A stretch of DNA of 29,511 nt from Anaerolineae bacterium (GTDB lineage Bacteria; Chloroflexota; Anaerolineae; Aggregatilineales; JAFGMM01). A model generated the notes under the pieces. It did not search any database. It was not told where the DNA came from and was given only the letters and a program-made list of their open reading frames with translations. A program made the translations under genes and the position numbers. How positions within the stretch are numbered: the first letter of the stretch is position 1; every line of letters begins with the position of its first letter. The DNA lies in contig DAOTXU010000333.1 in the NCBI GenBank assembly GCA_034435135.1, positions 1 to 29,511 on the forward strand, read 5' to 3'. Shown here one piece after another: positions 1 through 6,997 of this stretch.

Positions 1-155
1 GTGCGGAGCACGGCGAGACGGGGGTGAGGTAAGAACAGTGTTGAATTGAACCAGCCCTCAATTCAGATCAGAGCCATAGGAGAAAATCGGAGTCCCGTGT
101 TAAAATTCACGAGTTATGCGCCGAAACCGTTCCTGGGCCTCGATTGCCTTAAGAA

Positions 156-289
156 GCCGTTTGAAAAGGGTTCCCCCGGCTAAAGCCGGGTGTGAATTCC
201 CCACCGTGCCGTGGCCTTCCGGCGATTAGCCGCCGACTTTAGTCGGCGGAACCTGAATAAACTTCCATGGCCGGACTTCTCAAATGGCC
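156..289 (+). repeat. Copy A of a ~135-bp hairpin-rich dispersed repeat (MITE/REP-like or structured-RNA element). It sits immediately 5' of the SLC13 permease gene, and the first in-frame ATG (284) lies inside the element.
   Basis: Near-identical to the reverse complement of 4713-4850, with only a few mismatches over ~135 nt. Contains two stem-loops with TAAA/TTTA loops: cccggc-taaa-gccggg and ccgccgac-ttta-gtcggcgg. A partial third copy is at 6798-6877. Confidence 0.8.
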
Positions 290-325
290 TCTAAGGCAAA
301 TGGCTGCCTATGCCGGGGGTTAGCG

Positions 326-2128
326 ATGCTCTCGCCCAATGAAGTCATCTTGATTGTCGTCGTCGTTGGCGCGCTTGTGCTGATTCTCTCCAACCGGATT
401 CGCGCCGACTGGGTCGCCATCCTGGTACTGCTGGCGCTATCTCTCACCGGCGTGGTGACCTTCGATGAGGCCAAAGTTGGCTTCAGCCGCTCCGTCGTCA
501 TCGTCATTATCGGGCTGTTCATCGTCACGCACGCGCTGGAAGACACTGGCGTCGTGCAATGGGTGGCGGAGCGCCTGAAGCAGGTCAGCGGAGGCTCAGA
601 GACGCACCTGCTCTTGTTGTTGATGAGCGCCGGTGCCGGCCTGTCGCTGGTCATGAACAACATCGCCGCCGGCGCGGTGTTACTGCCTGCCGCTGTCCAG
701 GTCGGGCGCGAGTCGAACGTGCCGCCCTCCAAGCTTCTGATCCCGCTCTCGTTTGGGACGCTGGTCGGCGGCATGGCGACCTACTTCACAACCGCGAACA
801 TCATCCTCAGCAGCGTTCTGCGCGATCAGGGTCAGGCCGGGTTGAGCATGATGGATTTTCTCCCTACCGGTGGCCTGATCGTGGCCGGCAGCCTGGCGTT
901 CATGGCGCTGATCGGTCGGCGGTTGTTGCCGGCGCGCGAATCGGTCGGACACACAGCCAGCCCCTATCTGCTGTCGCGCAAGCTGTACGAAGCTTACCAA
1001 CTGGACGAGCGCTTGTGGGAGGTTCAGGTGCTCCCCGGCTCGCAACTGGTGGACGCCACCCTCACCCAAAGCCAGATTGGCGAATGTCTGGGGCTGACGG
1101 TAGTAGCGATCTGGCGCGGGCACGACGCCATCCTCACCCCGGAGCCGACCGAGGCACTCAGGGCACATGATTATCTGCTGGTGCTGGGGCGCGAGGAGCG
1201 CGTGCAGCAGATGGCGGCGTGGGGCGTAAAGATTGGGCGGACAGACGGCAAACTCAACGGCAGGGATTATGAGGTAGACCTGACCGAGGTCATCATCCCG
1301 CCGCGTTCCGGCGTCGTCGGCAAGACCCTCACCGACCTGCGCTTCCGCAACAAATACGGCCTGACCAGCGTGGCGCTGTGGCGCGAGAATCGGAGCTATC
1401 GCACCGATGTGGGGAAGATGTCGCTGGAGGCCGGTGACGCGCTGCTGATGGTCGGCTCGCCCACGCAGATCAAAGCGCTGGCGGACGAGCGCGACTTCAT
1501 CGTCCTGGAGAGCGGCCACGCCTTCCGCCCACCCCTGCCGCACAAGGCGGGCTGGGCGTTGGCGATCTCGGTCATGGTGCTGCTGGCGTCGATCTTTGAG
1601 GTCGTGCCCCCCGCTGAGGCGATGCTGGCCGGCGCGGCGGCGATGGTGCTGGCCGGCTGTATCAACGTGGACGAGGCCTACCGCGCCATTGAATGGCGCG
1701 TGGTGTTCCTGATTGTGGGGATGCTGCCCATCAGCACGGCGATGGTCAAGACCGGATTGGCGGAGAGGTTAAGCGCTGCTTATGTCACTGCCCTGACCCC
1801 GCTTGGCGCGCTGGCGCTGATTGCGGGGCTGTTTGCCTTGACGATGCTGCTGACTCAACTCCTGGGTGGGCAGGTGGTGGCGTTGATCGTCGGACCGGTG
1901 GCCGTCGCCGCCGCGTTGCAGGTCGGCGTCAATCCTCAGGCGATGGCGGTAGCCGTGGCTATCGGCTGTTCGGCGGCGTTCCTGACGCCGGTGGCCCACC
2001 CCGTCAACGTGCTGATGATGGGGCCGGGCGGGTACACGTTTGGCGATTTCTTCAAGGTCGGCCTGGGGATGACGCTGCTCACTTTCGGCACATTGCTCAT
2101 CGGCATGAGGGTCTTTTGGGGAATATGA
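326..2128 (+). CDS. DASS/SLC13-family anion permease (CitT/ArsB-like fold) with two central TrkA-C (RCK_C) domains.
   Basis: 614-aa ORF 284..2128. Hydrophobic N- and C-terminal halves are separated by two TrkA_C-like segments (...EVQVLPGSQLVDATL... and ...EVIIPPRSGVVGKTLTDL...). ATG at 326 (MLSPNEVILIVVVV) is preferred over 284: it has a GGGGG purine stretch 9 nt upstream, whereas 284 lies inside the repeat with no SD. Confidence 0.8.
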   Translation: MLSPNEVILIVVVVGALVLILSNRIRADWVAILVLLALSLTGVVTFDEAKVGFSRSVVIVIIGLFIVTHALEDTGVVQWVAERLKQVSGGSETHLLLLLMSAGAGLSLVMNNIAAGAVLLPAAVQVGRESNVPPSKLLIPLSFGTLVGGMATYFTTANIILSSVLRDQGQAGLSMMDFLPTGGLIVAGSLAFMALIGRRLLPARESVGHTASPYLLSRKLYEAYQLDERLWEVQVLPGSQLVDATLTQSQIGECLGLTVVAIWRGHDAILTPEPTEALRAHDYLLVLGREERVQQMAAWGVKIGRTDGKLNGRDYEVDLTEVIIPPRSGVVGKTLTDLRFRNKYGLTSVALWRENRSYRTDVGKMSLEAGDALLMVGSPTQIKALADERDFIVLESGHAFRPPLPHKAGWALAISVMVLLASIFEVVPPAEAMLAGAAAMVLAGCINVDEAYRAIEWRVVFLIVGMLPISTAMVKTGLAERLSAAYVTALTPLGALALIAGLFALTMLLTQLLGGQVVALIVGPVAVAAALQVGVNPQAMAVAVAIGCSAAFLTPVAHPVNVLMMGPGGYTFGDFFKVGLGMTLLTFGTLLIGMRVFWGI

Positions 2129-2180
2129 ACACCCTCTCCGGCACAGGAGGCTGCTCCTTACCGCGCGAGAGGTGTGTCAA

Positions 2181-2918
2181 TCAGCTCATCCGCATCGAGG
2201 GCTTCAGATGGCGGTGCCGCCACCACACTTGCCAGGTGCGCAGCGCCGCCTCGATCTTGATTGGAATATCCATCTTGCTCTGGCCGATGCGCCGGTCTTC
2301 AAAATAGATGGGGATCTCCAGCGCCCGGTAGCCGAGCTTTTCGGCTACGTAAGCCATCTCCGTCTGGAAGATGTAGCCATTGGAGCGGATGCGGTCCAGG
2401 CCGAGGCCACGTAGAGTCTCCGCGCGCCACGCCTTGAAGCCGGCGGTGGCGTCTTTGACCTTCATGCGCAGGATCAGGCGGACGTACACGCTGTTGGCCC
2501 ACCAGCTCAGCAGCCAGCGGCCAAAGCCCCAACGCTCGTCGGTTTTGCCGCCTTTCACGTAGCGCGAGCCGATTACCACGTCGTACTGGTCGAGCAGGTC
2601 GAGCATCTGCGGGATGTAATCCGGCGAGTGCGAGAAGTCGGCGTCCATCTGCACCACCGCTTCTGCGCCGCCTTCCAGCGCGCGCTTGAAGCCGGCGATG
2701 TACGCGGTGCCCAGGCCCAGCTTGCCCGCGCGGTGGATGACCTCCAGCCTGCCGGGGTGTTCCCTGGCGAGGCGGTCGGCGACCTTGCCGGTGCCGTCGG
2801 GGGAGTTGTCATCAGCGACCACGATGGCGAGGTCGAGCGGCAGCGCCCACAGCGCAGCGCAGATGGCCGGCAAGTTGTCAGCCTCGTTATAGGTGGGGAT
2901 CACAACAGAAGTCTTCAC
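2181..2918 (-). CDS. GT2-family glycosyltransferase, polyprenol/dolichol-phosphate mannosyl (glucosyl) transferase-like (Dpm1/Ppm1/GtrB-like).
   Basis: 245 aa. N-terminus [13 protein letters not shown] and a DAD/DxD-type motif ([10 protein letters not shown]) are typical of the GT2 Dpm1-like family. Confidence 0.8.
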   Translation of the reverse strand: MKTSVVIPTYNEADNLPAICAALWALPLDLAIVVADDNSPDGTGKVADRLAREHPGRLEVIHRAGKLGLGTAYIAGFKRALEGGAEAVVQMDADFSHSPDYIPQMLDLLDQYDVVIGSRYVKGGKTDERWGFGRWLLSWWANSVYVRLILRMKVKDATAGFKAWRAETLRGLGLDRIRSNGYIFQTEMAYVAEKLGYRALEIPIYFEDRRIGQSKMDIPIKIEAALRTWQVWWRHRHLKPSMRMS

Positions 2919-3020
2919 ATCGATTTTCCCGGCATGGCGCGGAAGAAGAAGTCGATTTAAGGGCCGTCCTACCCACCCCGAACCAGGGGCTTAAGCTCCC
3001 GGTCTGGCAGCTTTCGCGCG

Positions 3021-3875
3021 CTAGTGGGCGCGCAGCAATCGCTCTTTGAGGCTATCGACTCCCTCAAAAACGCCATCCCGGCTGGTGATCTTCGTCACCG
3101 TCAGCCGCAAGCGGTTGTCTTGCATCGCCTTGAGCGCCTTTTCGCGGTCGCTGAGGGGATAAAGCTGCTCGCCGACCTGGCGCGTCTGCTCGTCGATGCG
3201 CGCATGAATGGCGTCCACAAAGTCCTGCGTGGTGATAACCAGCAAGTCGCCAGGCCCCAGGTGTCCGAGGAAATCGTCGGACGCGCCAGCCTCGCGCACG
3301 GCGTCGTTCATGATCTCGCTGACCGCGCGCAACACGTCGTCAGCGGCCTTGAAGCCGTAATCCTCGCGGAAGGCGTCCAGCCCGTCGATGCGAATCACCA
3401 GGGTGGCCCAGTCGTGCAGCAAGAGCATATCGTCCAGGCGCTCCTCGACCAGTTGCGCTTCGGGCAACTCGGTGACGGGGTTAAACTGGCTGGTGAGGTC
3501 GGCGCGTTGCAGCGCGTTGCGCACGCGCAGGCGCAACTCCTGGATGTCAAAAGGCTTCGTGATGTAATCGACCACGCCGAGGCGCAAGCCGGCCAGCTTG
3601 TCTACGCGGTCGCGCTTTTCGGTCAAGAAAATGACCGGGATGTTGGCCGTGCGCCGGTGGTTGCGCAGCCGGCGGCAGACCTCGTAGCCGTCGATGTCGG
3701 GCAGGCGGATGTCGAGCACAACCAGGCTGGGTATCTGCTCCTGCGCGATCCTGACGGCTTCCTCACCCCAGGCGGAGGTGAACACATCATACCCCTGGAC
3801 CTTGAAGTAGGAGTTGAGCATCTCCGCGAGGTCCAGATCGTCTTCAACAATGAGAAGCTGGGCTTTCTCGGCCAA
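3021..3875 (-). CDS. Response regulator: N-terminal REC domain plus a C-terminal degenerate GGDEF-like domain.
   Basis: N-terminus LLIVEDDLDLAEM...VVLDIRLPDIDGYEV...ITKPFD is a CheY-like receiver. The C-terminal half has the GGDEF-fold pattern RIDGLDAFREDYGFKAADDVLRAV, but the signature is degenerate (GPGDL instead of GGDEF/GGEEF). Confidence 0.7.
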   Translation of the reverse strand: MAEKAQLLIVEDDLDLAEMLNSYFKVQGYDVFTSAWGEEAVRIAQEQIPSLVVLDIRLPDIDGYEVCRRLRNHRRTANIPVIFLTEKRDRVDKLAGLRLGVVDYITKPFDIQELRLRVRNALQRADLTSQFNPVTELPEAQLVEERLDDMLLLHDWATLVIRIDGLDAFREDYGFKAADDVLRAVSEIMNDAVREAGASDDFLGHLGPGDLLVITTQDFVDAIHARIDEQTRQVGEQLYPLSDREKALKAMQDNRLRLTVTKITSRDGVFEGVDSLKERLLRAH

Positions 3876-3905
3876 GGTGCCATTCCTTAGCGTGCATTAA
3901 ACCCA

Positions 3906-4544
3906 CTACCACGACCCGCCGATAGGTTGTTTGTCGATGGTGAAGACACACTCTTCGGCGTCTACGGCCTGGCACGCGGTCTCGACCACGCGAAACTCGC
4001 GGCCCCCGCTGATCCAACGCATCCCCTCTTGAAATATGCCCGCCAGCGCATGGCACGCGGGCTTCTCGGCGCGGCGTCCCCAACACACCGGCGAGGGGTT
4101 GACGGCGCACTCGTAGTGATCTTCGCACACCTCGACGCGGGTAACCTGATCGCTGAAGCGGGTAAAAACCTCGGCAAGCGTCTTCAAGCCGATCTCAACC
4201 CGCAGGGACGGCGGCAGCGCCCGGAAGGCCGGCGCGCCCAGGCCCGCCAGCGCGCCGAAGTTGCGCAGCCCCAACGAAAAACATGCGCGCCCGGCTAGGA
4301 GCGCGATCCCCCGACCGCCACGCTGGCCATAGACCTGCTCCAGGGCGACGTTCAGCGCCGTGAAATCGGCGAAGTCAAACGCGCGCTCAAGGTTGTCGGG
4401 GGGGAGCGTGTCGGCGTACTGGCTCAGACCGGCCAAATCCAGGGCGGCCTTCAGGTTGTCTGCGCCCATCACGTCTGCCATCGCCATGAGATAGGTCCGG
4501 GCGAATTTGTTCGGATAGTACAGGCCGCTTTTTACCCGCGCCAC
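3906..4544 (-). CDS. V4R-domain protein (COG1719-like predicted hydrocarbon/ligand-binding protein).
   Basis: GLYYPNKFARTYLMAMADVMG... near the N-terminus and conserved Cys residues near the C-terminus resemble V4R-domain proteins. The track ORF runs to 4646 with a TTG start. I prefer the GTG at 4544 (VARVKSGLYYPN), which has AGGGAG 6 nt upstream and lies downstream of a consensus promoter. Confidence 0.5.
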   Translation of the reverse strand: MARVKSGLYYPNKFARTYLMAMADVMGADNLKAALDLAGLSQYADTLPPDNLERAFDFADFTALNVALEQVYGQRGGRGIALLAGRACFSLGLRNFGALAGLGAPAFRALPPSLRVEIGLKTLAEVFTRFSDQVTRVEVCEDHYECAVNPSPVCWGRRAEKPACHALAGIFQEGMRWISGGREFRVVETACQAVDAEECVFTIDKQPIGGSW

Positions 4545-4587
4545 GAACGTCTCCCTGGCCTGAAGGTGGACATGCCACGTGTGGCGT

Positions 4588-4616
4588 ACTGTAGCACGGG
4601 GGTTAGGGGTTGTCAA
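4588..4616 (-). promoter_or_regulatory. Sigma-70-like promoter for the V4R / response regulator / GT2 operon.
   Basis: On the minus strand: TTGACA (4616-4611), a 17-nt spacer, then TACAGT (4593-4588). This is a perfect -35 with canonical spacing, about 45 nt upstream of the preferred GTG start. Confidence 0.55.
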
Positions 4617-4690
4617 GCGCGTTAATGGCTCGCAAACATTAGGCAACAGACAGTGGGCTTTAAGAACCGATCCGAAAAACCATTCTTATC

Positions 4691-4712
4691 GCCTCGGACA
4701 GGGGGCTTAAGC
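4691..4712. repeat. Half-copy of a second palindromic motif (cggacagggggcttaagc). The complete hairpin is at 21318-21345. This half-copy abuts copy B of the 135-bp repeat.
   Basis: 17/18 nt identity with the 5' arm and loop of the 21318-21345 hairpin. The 3' arm is missing and is replaced by the start of repeat copy B. Confidence 0.45.
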
Positions 4713-4850
4713 GGCCATTTGAGAAGTCCGGCCATGGCAGTTTATTCAGGTTCCGCCGACTAAAGTCGGCGGCTCATCGCCGGAAAGCCGCGGCGCGGTG
4801 GGGAATTCACCCCCGGCTTCAGCCGGGGGAACCCTCGGGAAAACGCCGGC
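4713..4850 (-). repeat. Copy B of the ~135-bp hairpin-rich dispersed repeat, inverted relative to copy A. It begins 2 nt after the stop codon of the 193-aa ORF.
   Basis: The reverse complement aligns to 156-289 along its whole length with only scattered mismatches. It contains the same two TAAA/TTTA-loop hairpins and a ccatggccgg segment. Confidence 0.8.
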
Positions 4851-4852
4851 CC

Positions 4853-5434
4853 TCACGGCAAGAGAAGCCGGTCCGTCCAGACTCTCAAATCGCCGCCGGC
4901 CAGTTCGACCAGGCGTTGCATCAGGGGCGCTTCGAGAAACTCGGCCAGCGGTTCGCGCGCCTGCGGGACGTTTTCCAACATCCAATCGCCGAGCTTCTGA
5001 ATCCCGGAGACTTTGACCGGTTTGGTGGAGCCGGGAGACAACAGCGGCATCAGGTAGTGTTTTTCCAGCCGGTCCAGCCGATAGAAAACCTCCCCGCGCA
5101 TACCGGGTTCGGCGACGTCGGCCAGTTCCCCGCGCAAGGTCTCCAGCGCCGCGCGCAGGTAGCCAATTTCCTCCGCTGTCGCTCTCAAGTCGGTGGCGGT
5201 GAGGGGTCGCTCGTCGGTTTCCCTGCTCTCAATCTGCGCGTAGATGTTGCCCCCAGCGATATTGCGCGCCTTCACATTCCCACTGCCGACGACCGCGCCC
5301 GGCCCGACATCGCCGTGAATGGTGATGCCGGTTTTGTCGCCCATCACCTTATCGCCCATCACCTTGTCGCCCTGGACTTTGTCGCCTTCGACGTAATCGC
5401 CGCCCTCGATCCGTATTTTGCGTTCGTCAGCCAT
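4853..5434 (-). CDS. Hypothetical protein (193 aa) with five N-terminal pentapeptide repeats (V-x-G-D-K), a Gly-rich beta-like segment and a helical C-terminal half. No family recognised.
   Basis: ORF with start MADERKIRIEGGDYVEGDKVQGDKVMGDKVMGDKTG. It lies 8 nt downstream of the 406-aa ORF on the same strand (operon). GC3-rich codon usage is consistent with a real gene. Confidence 0.6.
   Translation of the reverse strand: MADERKIRIEGGDYVEGDKVQGDKVMGDKVMGDKTGITIHGDVGPGAVVGSGNVKARNIAGGNIYAQIESRETDERPLTATDLRATAEEIGYLRAALETLRGELADVAEPGMRGEVFYRLDRLEKHYLMPLLSPGSTKPVKVSGIQKLGDWMLENVPQAREPLAEFLEAPLMQRLVELAGGDLRVWTDRLLLP
5334..5408 (-). repeat. Intragenic tandem repeat: 5 x 15 bp (consensus ttgtcgcc-N7), encoding the V-x-G-D-K pentapeptide repeats.
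   Basis: The units ttgtcgcccatcacc / ttatcgcccatcacc / ttgtcgccctggact / ttgtcgccttcgacg / taatcgccgccctcg are seen directly. Confidence 0.7.
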
Positions 5435-5442
5435 AACACACC

Positions 5443-6663
5443 TCAGCCTGGCATCGTGCCTGCCAATGCTTCAAATGCCGATGACCCAGTATAACCCACC
5501 AGGAAACCGATCACAACGCCTCCCCAGAAATCCTCTACCGTGACGAAGCTCTGCGTATCCGACTTGCGCGCCACCAACACGACAGCGATGGCGCTCAAGA
5601 TCAGGGTCAACAGCGCCGACACCAGCACTTCGCCAACATTCAGCGGGAGCGCCGCGCCGCTGCTGAGCGTCTGTGCGAACCGCGCGCCAAACCCGGCCAG
5701 CCCGCCGACCACCGCGCCCACCATGATCGCCCAGACCGGCGCGCGGATGACGAGCGGCTGGGCGATGGTGTTGGTATGGAGGCGAGTTTGGGTGGTGTCC
5801 TCCGTCTGGGGCGGCGAGAAGGCGTAGTTGACGTTGAAGTGCATCATGTACTGGATGGGCCGGAAGAAGAGGGGCGCTTTGGTCTTGAGCACGATGGTGC
5901 TGACCGTCGTCTCGCCCGGATGCAGCGCCATCCCCGGCGGCAGGGACAGGGTCAGTTGCTCTTCGCGCTGGCTGGTGGTGGTCAGGTTGGTCAGTTGAAT
6001 ATCGCCCTGCGCCGTAATATAGACCTGGCTGGGCAGCCGGGCCGCGCGCAGTTGCACGTCGCCGGCCCCGTAAATGCCCACGCCGCCCATCATCTCGGCA
6101 ATGAGCGCCATCAACTGGCCCAGGCGCTCGCGCCGTTGCCGGAGTTGCTCCCACAGCGTCGCCTCGCGCGCCTGATACGCTTCATAGTTCTCGGCGTCAC
6201 GGCCTGGGCGCTCCTGCTGGAGAGCCGCCAGCGCCTTCCCGGCTTCCTCAAATTCGCGGTTCGCGCGCAGCAACTCACTGGCGACCTGGTTGAACAACCG
6301 CTCGCGTTCCCGCTCCTCGCGCGACTGCCGGCGCAACCACGCCCGCAACCGCTGCCAGAGCGAGACCTTCTCCGGGGGAGCGGCCACTTCGCCCATCACT
6401 TCTTCCAGCCGGCGCCACACCCGGTGAATCCGCTCTTGCATCGGTTCCAGGCGGATGATCTCGCTGGGCAGGCTCACTTTCACATGCTCGATCCAGATGG
6501 GGGTATCGAACGGGTTGGTGATGAGCAGGTAAACCGAAAAATCGTTCCCGGCGGTGGGGTCCGGCGTCGAGAGCGTGACGGTGAGGTCGAGCAAGCCTCG
6601 CCTGATCGGTTCGTTTTCGACACCTTGCGCATTCGTCGCTTCTTGAGGCGTGTCATCGGCCAT
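5443..6663 (-). CDS. Hypothetical protein (406 aa): N-terminal beta-rich segment, long Arg/Glu-rich coiled coil, a second beta-rich segment, then three predicted C-terminal transmembrane helices.
   Basis: ATG start with a GAGGA RBS 5 nt upstream, and a sigma-70-like promoter about 60-85 nt upstream. Coiled-coil heptads are visible (RRLEEVMGEV...ERERERLFNQVASELLRANREFEEAGKALAALQ). Hydrophobic stretches lie at the C-terminus (VWAIMVGAVVGGLAGFGA..., LVSALLTLILSAIAVVLVA, FWGGVVIGFLVGY). No family recognised. Confidence 0.6.
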   Translation of the reverse strand: MADDTPQEATNAQGVENEPIRRGLLDLTVTLSTPDPTAGNDFSVYLLITNPFDTPIWIEHVKVSLPSEIIRLEPMQERIHRVWRRLEEVMGEVAAPPEKVSLWQRLRAWLRRQSREERERERLFNQVASELLRANREFEEAGKALAALQQERPGRDAENYEAYQAREATLWEQLRQRRERLGQLMALIAEMMGGVGIYGAGDVQLRAARLPSQVYITAQGDIQLTNLTTTSQREEQLTLSLPPGMALHPGETTVSTIVLKTKAPLFFRPIQYMMHFNVNYAFSPPQTEDTTQTRLHTNTIAQPLVIRAPVWAIMVGAVVGGLAGFGARFAQTLSSGAALPLNVGEVLVSALLTLILSAIAVVLVARKSDTQSFVTVEDFWGGVVIGFLVGYTGSSAFEALAGTMPG

Positions 6664-6718
6664 GTTTCCTCAATCCGGTATCTGGATCATTTACGACGCT
6701 TTAAGCTGAGCATATAGC

Positions 6719-6747
6719 ATTATGCTTCGCTTACCAGAAAATGGCAA
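6719..6747 (-). promoter_or_regulatory. Sigma-70-like promoter of the two-gene hypothetical operon.
   Basis: On the minus strand: TTGCCA (6747-6742), a 17-nt spacer, then CATAAT (6724-6719). It sits in a locally AT-rich intergenic region between repeat copy C and the ATG at 6663. Confidence 0.55.
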
Positions 6748-6797
6748 TGCGAGCGTTCCCTTGCCAGGCCGGCTCAAAGGTATTTGTTCACCTTATG

Positions 6798-6877
6798 GCT
6801 CCCGCGACTAAAGTCGCGGGTGAATTCGCAATTCTGACAGCGCTATTTTGCGATTAGCCGCCGACTTTAGTCGGCGG
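6798..6877 (+). repeat. Copy C (partial, diverged) of the dispersed repeat.
   Basis: It shares ggYtccc-STEM-taaa-STEM-ggtgaattc and an identical 27-nt block (cgattagccgccgactttagtcggcgg) with copy A. Hairpin 1 has the stem cgcgac/gtcgcg instead of cccggc/gccggg, i.e. compensatory double substitutions that keep the pairing. The linker between the hairpins is unrelated. Confidence 0.7.
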
Positions 6878-6997
6878 GTTGCTGATCGCCGACTCCGGGT
6901 AAGCATGGGCGCTCCGCGCGATGCTGTGCTGCTGCCAGCGTTCTGTCATAGCGGAAAAATCTTTCTGTGCATCCTGCTGCCTGGCTTCCCCGTCAGT

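Noticed and set aside
1-155. tRNA or other known RNA gene at the window edge
   Set aside because: No cloverleaf-compatible arms and no GTTC-Pu-A T-loop motif were found. Only a simple hairpin is present.
280-774. 164-aa minus-strand ORF
   Set aside because: It is antisense to the SLC13 permease N-terminus and Ser/Thr/Pro-rich. It is a shadow ORF.
4545-4646. Track start of the V4R ORF at a TTG (4646), adding 34 residues
   Set aside because: The extension would run through the predicted -10/-35 promoter. The GTG at 4544 has an AGGGAG SD.
5334-5408. Possibility that the 15-bp tandem repeats are a CRISPR-like array
   Set aside because: The units are contiguous with no spacers, lie inside a coding frame and translate to a coherent pentapeptide repeat. 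This is not a CRISPR.
5776-6717. 313-aa + strand ORF and 5471..6154 minus-strand alternative-frame ORF
   Set aside because: They overlap the 406-aa hypothetical gene in other frames. The 406-aa frame is preferred because it has a promoter, RBS, coiled-coil periodicity and hydrophobic TM segments. The alternatives are Arg/Gly-rich low-complexity.
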